Part shown: positions 19,702-28,539 of the stretch, piece by piece
How positions within the stretch are numbered: position 1 is the stretch's first letter
How the letters are laid out: each line of letters opens with the position of its first letter
NCBI GenBank assembly: GCA_018262795.1
Contig: JADFDM010000001.1
Coordinates: 205,308 to 269,307, forward strand
Length of the DNA: 64,000 bases
Source of the DNA: Sphingobacteriales bacterium
GTDB taxonomy: Bacteria; Bacteroidota; Bacteroidia; Chitinophagales; LD1
Direction: 5' to 3'
Notes under the pieces: model-generated
What the model was told of the DNA's origin: nothing
Seen by the model: only the letters and a program-made list of their open reading frames with translations
Databases searched by the model: none
Position numbers and translations under genes: made by a program

Positions 19702-20451
19702 ATGGATAGAGTAGATAAAACACTTTTTGAAGGGGAACATTATTTGGGAAGGCCGGCTGATCGAACGGATAAAATTATTAGCAGAAGAGTAGCGTTGGTA
19801 AAAGCAATTCCCGGCTTTTGTAATAAGGAGATGGAACTTCTTGAAATTGGATGTGGTAACGGAGCCACCTTGTTGCTGATGAGTAGCGAAATGAAAAGTT
19901 GTGTTGGAGTGGATGTGTTTGATCATACTGCGGAGTTTAGAAAGGAGAAGGAGCAGCAGGGAATTGACAACTGCGAAATAGTTATTCGCAATATTGAAGA
20001 AGAAGAGTTAACGCAACAATTTGATCGCTTGATTTGCTTTGAGGTGATTGAACATTTTAATCAGGATAGCACCGTGAAGCGGTTTCAGCGATGGCTTAAG
20101 CCGGGAGCTTTATGTGCTATTTCGGTTCCGAACAAATGGTGGGTGTTTGAAACGCACGGAGCTAAACTTCCTTTATTACCCTGGAACCGAGTGCCATTTT
20201 TCAGTTGGCTGCCACGCAGCATTCACGAGCGCTTTGCCAACGCGCGGATTTATACAAAGAGTCGGATAAAGAAATTACTGGAAGAAAACGGCTTTGAAGT
20301 GTTGGAGATGAAATACATCACCGCTCCTATGGACGTATTAAAGGAAGGTGCACTAAAGCGATTATTGGTGAGAACGATTTTTAATACGGAGACTACCTCT
20401 ATTCCGTTTTTGAGTACTTCTATTTTTATTGTAGCCCGGTTAAAATCGTAA
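19702..20451 (+). CDS. class I SAM-dependent methyltransferase
   Basis: Motif I LLEIGCGNGA and post-I acidic residue. 249 aa. Confidence 0.75.
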   Translation: MDRVDKTLFEGEHYLGRPADRTDKIISRRVALVKAIPGFCNKEMELLEIGCGNGATLLLMSSEMKSCVGVDVFDHTAEFRKEKEQQGIDNCEIVIRNIEEEELTQQFDRLICFEVIEHFNQDSTVKRFQRWLKPGALCAISVPNKWWVFETHGAKLPLLPWNRVPFFSWLPRSIHERFANARIYTKSRIKKLLEENGFEVLEMKYITAPMDVLKEGALKRLLVRTIFNTETTSIPFLSTSIFIVARLKS

Positions 20452-20460
20452 TCTAATTCA

Positions 20461-21024
20461 ATGGAAAAAAACATTGCCGAAAACCCGTGGACAAAGCTTT
20501 CGCGCGAAGTGAAGTATGAAAACAATTGGGTTCGTTTAGAAGAGGATAAAGTATTGAACCCTGCGGGAAATCCGGGGATATATGGGGTCGTACATTTTAA
20601 GACCTATGCGGTTGCCATTATTCCCTTAGATGAGAATAACAACACTTGGATTGTTGGGCAGTACCGATACCCTTTGCAAAGTTATGAATGGGAGGTAGTA
20701 GAAGGAGGCTGCCCGGAAAATACTTCACCATTAGAAACAGCCCATCGAGAGTTGATAGAGGAGGTGGGGCTAAAGGCAGCACAAATGAAATTGATTTTAG
20801 AGATGCAATTATCAAATAGCACTACTGATGAAATTTCATACACCTACATTGCGCGAGGTCTTACCTATGTAGGAGAGCAACCGGAAGAGGATGAAAAGCT
20901 CAGTATAAGAAAGATACCTTTTGAAGAGCTGTACCAGATGACGCTGCGAGGTGAAATTCGTGACAGTCTTTCTGTGGCAAGTATTCTGAAAGCAAAAGTT
21001 CTTTTAGACCAGGGGCAAATCTGA
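20461..21024 (+). CDS. NUDIX hydrolase
   Basis: Nudix box GGCPENTSPLETAHRELIEEVGL. Confidence 0.85.
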   Translation: MEKNIAENPWTKLSREVKYENNWVRLEEDKVLNPAGNPGIYGVVHFKTYAVAIIPLDENNNTWIVGQYRYPLQSYEWEVVEGGCPENTSPLETAHRELIEEVGLKAAQMKLILEMQLSNSTTDEISYTYIARGLTYVGEQPEEDEKLSIRKIPFEELYQMTLRGEIRDSLSVASILKAKVLLDQGQI

Positions 21025-21038
21025 AAATCAGATTCTCT

Positions 21039-22679
21039 TTATTTTTCCTCAAAAAATACCCACCCGTTTTTTCGATACAACTCGTGTAAACCCGGTTGCT
21101 GCGCGAGCACTTCATTTACCTTATTCATTTTTGTAATCACGTAAAGCTTATGGAGGGAGTCTGCTTCAGTAGGAATGGGCTTTGCCGCATAGAAGTAATG
21201 CGCATAGCTTTTGAATCCTGCCGTTTCTATTCGGCAACTCTCCCCTTTTTTACTTTCTAAAAATTCAATCAAAGCAGCTTGTGAGTATTTCTCTACTCTT
21301 GGAACTATCTGGCTCATCATGCCATTTATAAAAAGAGCGCTGCTCATCAAAAGGATATAAGTGCCCCATTTTACGTGTTTGGTTTGTATGAGCAGTACCG
21401 ACAGAATGAGGAAGAAAAGATAACCTGCACTCCATAAAATATCACTCTTTGCCCAGTAAACTTTGGCCTGTAAACAAGCTACGGCAAAGTCATCTTTGAT
21501 ATAGGGAATAAATGTGTCCGGTCGTTGCATCAATAATATTCCCCCGGTGATCGCTATCGCAATGGAAACGCCAATAGTCATAAGCGGAACCGTTTGCCGC
21601 CAGGTCCAATTTGCTTTTTTGTCGAAGAGGTGGTTAAGATAATAAGCGGCAAGAAATGTAATAGGGAAATAGCAGAGAGAAGAGTAATGTACAATTTTGG
21701 TTTTTACTACGCTGAAAACTACGAGCACCACGCAGAGTAAATAAATCATCCACTTTTTCAAATTAATCTGAGTGGTATCATCCTGCGAATTTTTTCTGAA
21801 AGCATCGAAGATTAGAGCCGAAGCAGGGAATACCCCTATGAGCAATAGGAGGAAGTGATAGTAAATGGGACCACCGTGCCCGGCATCTTCTGTCTCGAAC
21901 AGTCTGATTTGATACGCTATAAATTCATTTACGAACTTCATCCCATTGGCATGTATTTCAAAACTTAGCCAACTAATAATCACCACGGCTATTACCAGCC
22001 ACCAAACAAAAAACTGACCGATCTCTAATTTTAATTTCCCTCGGTTGGCAATCATATAAACTGCTCCGGTAAGCATTACCAACAGAATGGCCACCGGCCC
22101 TTTGGTAAGTGTGGCAAGCCCTATAAATACCCCGGATAATAGCAGATGTATTTTTCTGTTTTTTCTGGCTGTTTTCCCCGGCTCAAAATCATTGATTACG
22201 GAGGTTTTGAACATGAAGAAAATACCCAGAAAGATGAAAAGGTTAAAGACAGGGTCAATAATTCCGCTCTTAAAGTAAATCTGAGGTAACATACTACAGG
22301 CAAATAATAAGGCCCACAACACCCCCATTTGTGATTTAAAAACAGACCTGCCGGCATTAAATACTACCACCATTGTTACTATTCCGCAAACTGCATTTGG
22401 AAAACGAGCGGCAAACTCATTCACTCCCCAATATTTCATGCTTAAAGCCTGTAACCAAATAAACAGCGGAGGCTTTTCGTAGAAGGGCTGAAAATTAATT
22501 TGCACTAACCGCCAATTGTGCGTGAGCAGCATTTCGCGCGCACTTTCGGCAAAGTTTATTTCGTCCCAATCAAATAAATGAACGGAGCCTAAATGCGGAA
22601 GAAATAATAAGGCTCCGATCACAATTAGAAATAGTTGTGTCGGAAATTGTAACAGTCGTTTCCATAACTCCTGAATCAT
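21039..22679 (-). CDS. ArnT / PMT-like (GT39/GT83-type) polytopic membrane glycosyltransferase
   Basis: 546 aa with about a dozen hydrophobic segments. The first-loop motif is FDWDEINFAESAREM. The start ATG overlaps the upstream PAP2 stop (ATGA). Confidence 0.75.
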   Translation of the reverse strand: MIQELWKRLLQFPTQLFLIVIGALLFLPHLGSVHLFDWDEINFAESAREMLLTHNWRLVQINFQPFYEKPPLFIWLQALSMKYWGVNEFAARFPNAVCGIVTMVVVFNAGRSVFKSQMGVLWALLFACSMLPQIYFKSGIIDPVFNLFIFLGIFFMFKTSVINDFEPGKTARKNRKIHLLLSGVFIGLATLTKGPVAILLVMLTGAVYMIANRGKLKLEIGQFFVWWLVIAVVIISWLSFEIHANGMKFVNEFIAYQIRLFETEDAGHGGPIYYHFLLLLIGVFPASALIFDAFRKNSQDDTTQINLKKWMIYLLCVVLVVFSVVKTKIVHYSSLCYFPITFLAAYYLNHLFDKKANWTWRQTVPLMTIGVSIAIAITGGILLMQRPDTFIPYIKDDFAVACLQAKVYWAKSDILWSAGYLFFLILSVLLIQTKHVKWGTYILLMSSALFINGMMSQIVPRVEKYSQAALIEFLESKKGESCRIETAGFKSYAHYFYAAKPIPTEADSLHKLYVITKMNKVNEVLAQQPGLHELYRKNGWVFFEEK

Positions 22680-23323
22680 TTCAATAAGGCTTTATCCTTC
22701 CATTTTAGGTTTCGGTAAAAATCTGACTGTGCGAAAGTTAACCAGAAAACAGTGGTAATAGCCATGGCCAATAAAGAACCGGCATATACATCTCTGAAAA
22801 AATGTTCTAACAGATACACTCGCGCTATTCCAATTAGTAAAGCGGAAAAGAAGAAAACGACACTCCATTTTTTGTCTTGCGCAAATAAACTGAGCATAAA
22901 GAAAACCGCAAAGGCGATAGTGGTGTGGCCGGAGGGAAAACTGTGTTGATGAAAAATTTCAACCCCCGGAACAAAGTTTAGTGGCGTTTTGCCTTCAAAA
23001 AAAACAGCCGGTCGGATTTGGTTGGGAAACACTGCGAGTTTTAGAAACTGAACGACAACAGCGTTGAGGATAAGGTTCAAGCCCAACAAAATTCCGTGTC
23101 CATAACTCGAAAACAGGATGAGTAAAAATATCAGAAGGAATGCCGGTGCTTCGGCAAGGAAAGAAGTCCAACGGAAGAACTGATCGAAAAAAGAATTGTG
23201 GAGAGTGTTGAAATAGAGAATTTCATCTCCCTTCTCAAACCATCCGATGATGGCGGCACCGCAAATGAAGAAAAGCAGATACAGCAACAGAAAAATTTTA
23301 TTCTCCTTCAGAAATGTTTTCAA
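22676..23323 (-). CDS. PAP2-family membrane phosphatase
   Basis: 215 aa with an acid-phosphatase motif including SFPSGHT and a downstream ...RV...H. The TTG start overlaps the lptF/G stop (TTGA). Confidence 0.8.
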   Translation of the reverse strand: MKTFLKENKIFLLLYLLFFICGAAIIGWFEKGDEILYFNTLHNSFFDQFFRWTSFLAEAPAFLLIFLLILFSSYGHGILLGLNLILNAVVVQFLKLAVFPNQIRPAVFFEGKTPLNFVPGVEIFHQHSFPSGHTTIAFAVFFMLSLFAQDKKWSVVFFFSALLIGIARVYLLEHFFRDVYAGSLLAMAITTVFWLTFAQSDFYRNLKWKDKALLK

Positions 23324-24771
23324 GCCGAAACCTTTTTATGAGTAAATAATCTCCGCAACAAATTTTTGTAATGATCGGTGCTGTAAATTTTAGAATCGTT
23401 GGTTGCTTTTAAAGTTAAAAACAGCCCAACCGGCAGCAACACAAAAGTAGAAAGCCACATTCCGGCAAAAGGTGTAAGAACATTATTTTCTGCTAATTTT
23501 TCCCCTATGATTGACGTGACGTGATACAGGATGAAGAAAATAACACAATAAAACAAAGGCCATCCCAAGCCCCCTTTTCGGATAATTGAACCTAAGGGAG
23601 CTCCGATAAAAAAGAGTACTAAGCATGCGATGGATAAGGTAAACTTTCTGTAAATCTCCACCATGTGCGAGACATAATCTTTTTCTTTGTACACTAATTG
23701 CTTGTCCGTCACATCTGTGAAGTTCTTTATGTTCCGAGCTTTGTTGAGTGCTATATCGTAGATCTGAATCCTGGTGTCGGGGTCGTAGCTGCTGAGTAAT
23801 TCATGGGTGTTCTTAAAATGTACCTTCGCTACTGCGTTTTCTTTTTTCAAGGTATCTAATCCGAATTTTTTAAACCCGAGATAGGGAGTAATTGAACTGA
23901 TTAGCCCGGTTTTTAAATTGCTTTCCTCTAAATGAATAGTATCTACTTCAGTGTATAATTGTTTTAAGTCCAACATTTGTTTCAGGTCCTTAAAAAAGTT
24001 TTCGTCCGTTCGGTTTAGCTTAAACTGCGACAGGTCAAATCGCTTTTCCCAAGATTTAAAAGTGGTGGAAATCATCTCATAATTATTCTTGGATTGCGGA
24101 TCATTTTCCTTCGGCTCAATCTCTCTGTATTGTTTACCGTTTTCAAGTTTTAATGTGAGTGCCAGCGCCTGCTCATCCTGCACCATCGTGCCTTTTTCAG
24201 CAGTAATCACGTGGTCGTCTCCTTTGCCACTGGTGTGATCGTACACTACGATGTTGTAGAGGGTATTGGTTTCGTCATTTTTGCTGCCAACTTTAATGTA
24301 AAAGCCATCTATACCGCTGTAAAAAATACCGGGCTTTAAGGCTACCGTTGGTTTTTGGTGACGAATATCGTACAGCAAAGCTCCAAATTTTAGATTCGCT
24401 CTGGGCAGAAAGTTATTCGAGAAAAAGAAAGCAAAGATGCTGATTCCAATCACGGTGATAATCAGAGCTTTCATAAAGCGCAACAGCGAAATGCCCGCTG
24501 ACTTAACGGCAGTTAATTCATAGTTTTCGCCCAGCGCCCCATAAGTCATAATAGAAGCGAGCAGAACCGCCAGAGGAAGTGCCAGCGGAACTAAACGGGC
24601 AGAAGCATACACTAATAGTTCTAATAGCACTCCGGTGGGTAATCCTTTGCCCACTAAATCATCAACATATTTCCAAAGAAACTGCATTACCAGCACAAAC
24701 TGTGCAATCCAAAAGGTAAGGATAAAAGGACCGATAAAACTTTTGATTACCAGCTTATCGAGTTTCTTCAT
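23320..24771 (-). CDS. LptF/LptG-family LPS export permease
   Basis: 483 aa with YjgP/YjgQ topology: three N-terminal TM helices, a large periplasmic domain, then three C-terminal TM helices. Confidence 0.8.
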   Translation of the reverse strand: MKKLDKLVIKSFIGPFILTFWIAQFVLVMQFLWKYVDDLVGKGLPTGVLLELLVYASARLVPLALPLAVLLASIMTYGALGENYELTAVKSAGISLLRFMKALIITVIGISIFAFFFSNNFLPRANLKFGALLYDIRHQKPTVALKPGIFYSGIDGFYIKVGSKNDETNTLYNIVVYDHTSGKGDDHVITAEKGTMVQDEQALALTLKLENGKQYREIEPKENDPQSKNNYEMISTTFKSWEKRFDLSQFKLNRTDENFFKDLKQMLDLKQLYTEVDTIHLEESNLKTGLISSITPYLGFKKFGLDTLKKENAVAKVHFKNTHELLSSYDPDTRIQIYDIALNKARNIKNFTDVTDKQLVYKEKDYVSHMVEIYRKFTLSIACLVLFFIGAPLGSIIRKGGLGWPLFYCVIFFILYHVTSIIGEKLAENNVLTPFAGMWLSTFVLLPVGLFLTLKATNDSKIYSTDHYKNLLRRLFTHKKVSA

Positions 24772-24845
24772 GGCGGTTTTGAAAACGCTAAAGTAAGAAA
24801 GTACGTATGTGCTTAATGAATGAGAGCGAACTATGCAGATAATGC

Positions 24846-25223
24846 TTATGCTCCAATAGCGCGTTTCAAGTCATCTATCTGCTTGTCCCAAAGGAAGGTT
24901 TGTTCTTTAATATCCTTGGCATCAGCAAAATCGGTTACTTCCAATATTGTTTCGTTGCTGATTTCAGATTTATACACCCGAAAGGAGAAATATTGATCTT
25001 TCGGACTGTCCTCCCAATGATATTTCACCCATTCATCTTCTACCGACTCTAACTGTCTGGCTCTCTGAAACGAACCATTCCATCCGAAAATGAAGATATC
25101 GCCTTGCGAATCGCAATAATCAGAAAACCACTGCGCCATGTTACTGGGCTGATCTACAAATTCAAAGAGAATAGAGGGAGATGACCGGATAATATACTCT
25201 AAAGTGAATTTTTTCTGTGCCAT
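24846..25223 (-). CDS. small START-like / SRPBCC-fold protein (function unknown)
   Basis: 125 aa, cytoplasmic, Trp-rich (WFSDYC, FGWNGSF, WVKYHWED). The family assignment is tentative. Confidence 0.5.
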   Translation of the reverse strand: MAQKKFTLEYIIRSSPSILFEFVDQPSNMAQWFSDYCDSQGDIFIFGWNGSFQRARQLESVEDEWVKYHWEDSPKDQYFSFRVYKSEISNETILEVTDFADAKDIKEQTFLWDKQIDDLKRAIGA

Positions 25224-25372
25224 AATGGGGTATATACTTAGAATAATTGCTGAGTTATTGAAACTAATCGTTGCAAGAATAAAAAATTAAACCAAACAGA
25301 AAAATTCTTTTTGATTTTAGAAGAGCTTCTTGTTTTTTTGCTTTTTCGCCACCTTCATTTTAATTCCCTATC

Positions 25373-25822
25373 ATGTTTACAAAGCACCTTCTCGATAAAG
25401 CCCTCATTACATTAGAAGTTGGAGATAGCACCCCACTGTTTATTCTTTTGGCTAAAGACGGAACCATTCACCGCAAAGGGAATGGAAATGTGGCCGAGAA
25501 TCTTCCACTGATGAGGGGGATTTCGCAGCAAGGCCATTTTGAGGCGTTAATGATGACTATAGATGACAGCATTTTTGAGCATTCGGGAGTTCTCAAATTT
25601 CCTGATAGAGTGGGACAGGAATGTCAACTTACAATTATTTTTCAAGGGGCAGGAGAAACTGACTTCAGTTTCAGAGTTATTTATGGGTTGGAGTCAGAAG
25701 GACCTCCTGCTGAATTGACTGCCATTCTGATAAATGCGGTAAAGATTTCGGAGCCGTGGTATCGAGAGCAATTGCAACAGGATACAGAGCCGGAGAAGAA
25801 GTGGTGGCAATTTTGGAAGTAG
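25373..25822 (+). CDS. hypothetical protein
   Basis: 149-aa ORF that does not overlap neighbouring genes. I recognise no motif. Confidence 0.5.
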   Translation: MFTKHLLDKALITLEVGDSTPLFILLAKDGTIHRKGNGNVAENLPLMRGISQQGHFEALMMTIDDSIFEHSGVLKFPDRVGQECQLTIIFQGAGETDFSFRVIYGLESEGPPAELTAILINAVKISEPWYREQLQQDTEPEKKWWQFWK

Positions 25823-25902
25823 GGTAGAATATCTTCTGCTCTTATTTTAAGTAATAATTTTTTCCTCCAAAATATTTGTTATGATTATTATGTTGTGTAT
25901 TT

Positions 25903-26523
25903 TTGAAGGACACAAAGTACACTACCAAGGTGAAGAATTTTTTAATTGTTTTGATTATCGGCTTTTGCTATGCGTACCCTACGTTAGCGCAAAGCACTGA
26001 TGATGATCAATGGGATCACCTCACCTCTATTCAAACCGAAGGTTATCACCTCAGCATTCCCTCTGAATGGCGGCAACTTACCTCGTTGAAAGGGAAAGCG
26101 GAGACTCGCGTATTTGATGCGAGCGGCATAGCCTTCCCGTCCGCTTTCAATCATCAGCCTGTTTTTGCGATTATTTACATCATTAAAAATAAATCAAACT
26201 CTCTCAGCAGCGCCAAGGAGCAATGTCTGAATGCGTACCGTGAAGTAATGGATAAGAAGGCATTAAAGAGTTCAGACTATACCGCTAAGCTAATCCACAC
26301 AGCATCGGGTGAACAGGCTTGGTGGATGAGTACTTCATACTATCGAAAATCAAATTATTTATACCAGAGCCGGTATGATTTGGTAGTTTATTCTGAAAAG
26401 GAAAAGGCTTCTTATATCTATACGGTCACTGTGCAATACAGCGACTACACGCAAAGTTTTGAGAATACCTTTACCCCGGAGAAATTTGCCGAGAAAATAT
26501 TCAGTTACTTCGGCTTGAACTGA
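25903..26523 (+). CDS. hypothetical exported protein
   Basis: 206 aa with signal-like N-terminus KNFLIVLIIGFCYAYPTLAQ. TTG is the only available start. A TATTTTTG box overlaps this start, so the 5' end is uncertain. Confidence 0.5.
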   Translation: MKDTKYTTKVKNFLIVLIIGFCYAYPTLAQSTDDDQWDHLTSIQTEGYHLSIPSEWRQLTSLKGKAETRVFDASGIAFPSAFNHQPVFAIIYIIKNKSNSLSSAKEQCLNAYREVMDKKALKSSDYTAKLIHTASGEQAWWMSTSYYRKSNYLYQSRYDLVVYSEKEKASYIYTVTVQYSDYTQSFENTFTPEKFAEKIFSYFGLN

Positions 26524-26526
26524 AAC

Positions 26527-27267
26527 TTAGGGATACAAATTGCTCTTCAACATACCCCATTTACAAAGGCGATGAACGAGCGATACCTTCAAACAACCTA
26601 AACCGTACACTGCACTTCTTCTAAAATTAATAGAACTGGCTCCTTCAAAGTATTTGGTGGGGCAGGTTACTTCGGCTATTTCAAAACCGGCATAAAAAAT
26701 TTGAGAAAGCATTTGATTGTCAAAAACAAAATCATCTGAATTGTTCTGAAACCGGATAGCCCTTAGCACTTGCTTGCTGAAAGCCCGATAACCGGTATGG
26801 TATTCACTTAGTTTTTCTCCCAGCAATACGTTCTGAGAAAATGTCAAGAAGCGATTAAAGATGTATTTATAAAGAGGCATGCCCCCTTTTAAAGCGCCAC
26901 CACCCAAGATGCGCGAGCCTAATACTACGGGATACACTTCTTCTCCTATAATAGCAATCATGGCCATTAATAGTTTTGGGGTGTATTGATAATCGGGGTG
27001 AAGCATAATGACGATGTCTGCCCCCAATTCCAGTGCTTTGGTATAGCAGGTTTTCTGATTTCCGCCATACCCTTTGTTCTTCTCGTGTTTGATCACATGA
27101 TGAATCCCCAAGTCTTGAGCCACTGACACGGTATTGTCCGTGCTGTTGTCATCCACCAAAATCACTTCATCTACCACCTCAAAAGGAATTTCCTGAAATG
27201 TTTGAGCTAAAGTTTTTTCAGCATTATAGGCCGGAAGAACTACGACTACTTTTTTTGTTTTATACAT
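26527..27267 (-). CDS. family 2 glycosyltransferase (polyprenol-phosphate sugar synthase-like, DPM1/ArnC-like)
   Basis: VVLPAYNAEKTL...ILVDDNSTDNT...HEKNKGYGGN. I prefer the ATG at 27267 to the TTG at 27288. Confidence 0.8.
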   Translation of the reverse strand: MYKTKKVVVVLPAYNAEKTLAQTFQEIPFEVVDEVILVDDNSTDNTVSVAQDLGIHHVIKHEKNKGYGGNQKTCYTKALELGADIVIMLHPDYQYTPKLLMAMIAIIGEEVYPVVLGSRILGGGALKGGMPLYKYIFNRFLTFSQNVLLGEKLSEYHTGYRAFSKQVLRAIRFQNNSDDFVFDNQMLSQIFYAGFEIAEVTCPTKYFEGASSINFRRSAVYGLGCLKVSLVHRLCKWGMLKSNLYP

Positions 27268-27285
27268 GATCGTAAGCGAGAGGGG

Positions 27286-27293
27286 CAAATATA
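27286..27293 (-). promoter_or_regulatory. putative -7 box TATATTTG (minus strand) for the GT2 gene
   Basis: Perfect TAnnTTTG, 18 nt upstream of the ATG at 27267. Confidence 0.5.
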
Positions 27294-27302
27294 TTATTTA
27301 CT

Positions 27303-27310
27303 TAGATTTG
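27303..27310 (+). promoter_or_regulatory. putative -7 box TAGATTTG for the GT4 - GT2 - ribBA unit
   Basis: Perfect TAnnTTTG, 14 nt upstream of the ATG at 27325. It sits back-to-back with the minus-strand box in a 57-bp divergent intergenic region. Confidence 0.5.
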
Positions 27311-27324
27311 CGCGCATTTTTACC

Positions 27325-28539
27325 ATGCCTACTGATTCTCTTAAATTAAAAATCCTAATTCTCCTTAATAGAATTCCATATCCCCTCAATGATGGGGGGG
27401 CTATTGGCGCTTACAACTTTGTGAAAGGATATGCTGAGATCGGTAGTGAGGTGACTATCCTCGCCATGAACACTGCTAAGCATGATGTGAAACCTGAAAA
27501 GGCAGAAGAAGTGTTGGGCGGCTTTGGAACACTTCGGATAGTGGATATTGACAATCGGATCATCGCGCGCCAAGCATTTATTAATCTTTTCAGCACTACT
27601 TCTTACATTATTGAACGTTTTGTATCTGCCGATTTTGACAATATTCTAAAAGATATTCTTCAACAGAATGATTTTGATGTAGTGCATGTGGATGGACTTC
27701 CACCGGCTGCTTATATCGGTACCATTCGCCAGTATTCTACTGCTAAAATTGTGATGCGGGCGCATAATGTAGAGCATGTGATTTGGCAGCGCATAGCCGC
27801 TAATGAAACACATCCGATAAAGAAAATTTATGTAGCGCTGCAAGCGAAACGCTTGAAGCGCTTTGAGGTAAATGCACTGGGCAAATGCGACTTGGTATTA
27901 GCCATCAGCAAAGAAGATGAAGAGACTATCCAAACATGTAATCCATCGGCCAAAACGGTAGTGGTGCCTGCCGGGATGGATATTCCCGCTACCATGCTGA
28001 ATAAGAATTTTGACGTTCGGAATTTGTTTTTTATCGGTTCTTTTGATTGGATGCCCAATATGCAGGGCATAGAATGGTTTCTAAAAGAAATATGGCCGGC
28101 AGTAACGCTTCGCTTTCCCGATTTGCAACTACATATTGCGGGGAAGAAGATGCCCTCTTCTCTTTTGCATCATCCCGGCAAGAACATACAACCGGTAGGC
28201 GAAGTGCCCGATGCCAAAGAGTTTATGCTGAACCGTGGGGTGATGGTGGTTCCTATCATTTCGGGCAGTGGAATCAGAATTAAAATTTTGGAGGCAATGG
28301 CTTTGGGCAAAACCATTATTGCTACCGACATAGCCACCGAAGGATTGGGCTTAACCAACGGCAAGAATGTGCTGATAGCCAACCATGCCCCTGACTTTAT
28401 TAAACAGATTGGCCGTTGCATAGACGATCCAGCTTTGTGCGGAACTATTGGTCGCCATGCTTATGATTACGCCTTTAAAAATTATCGAAACTCAGCCATC
28501 TTTGAACGGCTGATATCCTTATACCGGAAAAGCAAATGA
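27325..28539 (+). CDS. family 4 (GT-B) glycosyltransferase
   Basis: 404 aa with a C-terminal GT1/GT4 signature: GSGIRIKILEAMALGKTIIAT..GLG. Confidence 0.8.
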   Translation: MPTDSLKLKILILLNRIPYPLNDGGAIGAYNFVKGYAEIGSEVTILAMNTAKHDVKPEKAEEVLGGFGTLRIVDIDNRIIARQAFINLFSTTSYIIERFVSADFDNILKDILQQNDFDVVHVDGLPPAAYIGTIRQYSTAKIVMRAHNVEHVIWQRIAANETHPIKKIYVALQAKRLKRFEVNALGKCDLVLAISKEDEETIQTCNPSAKTVVVPAGMDIPATMLNKNFDVRNLFFIGSFDWMPNMQGIEWFLKEIWPAVTLRFPDLQLHIAGKKMPSSLLHHPGKNIQPVGEVPDAKEFMLNRGVMVVPIISGSGIRIKILEAMALGKTIIATDIATEGLGLTNGKNVLIANHAPDFIKQIGRCIDDPALCGTIGRHAYDYAFKNYRNSAIFERLISLYRKSK

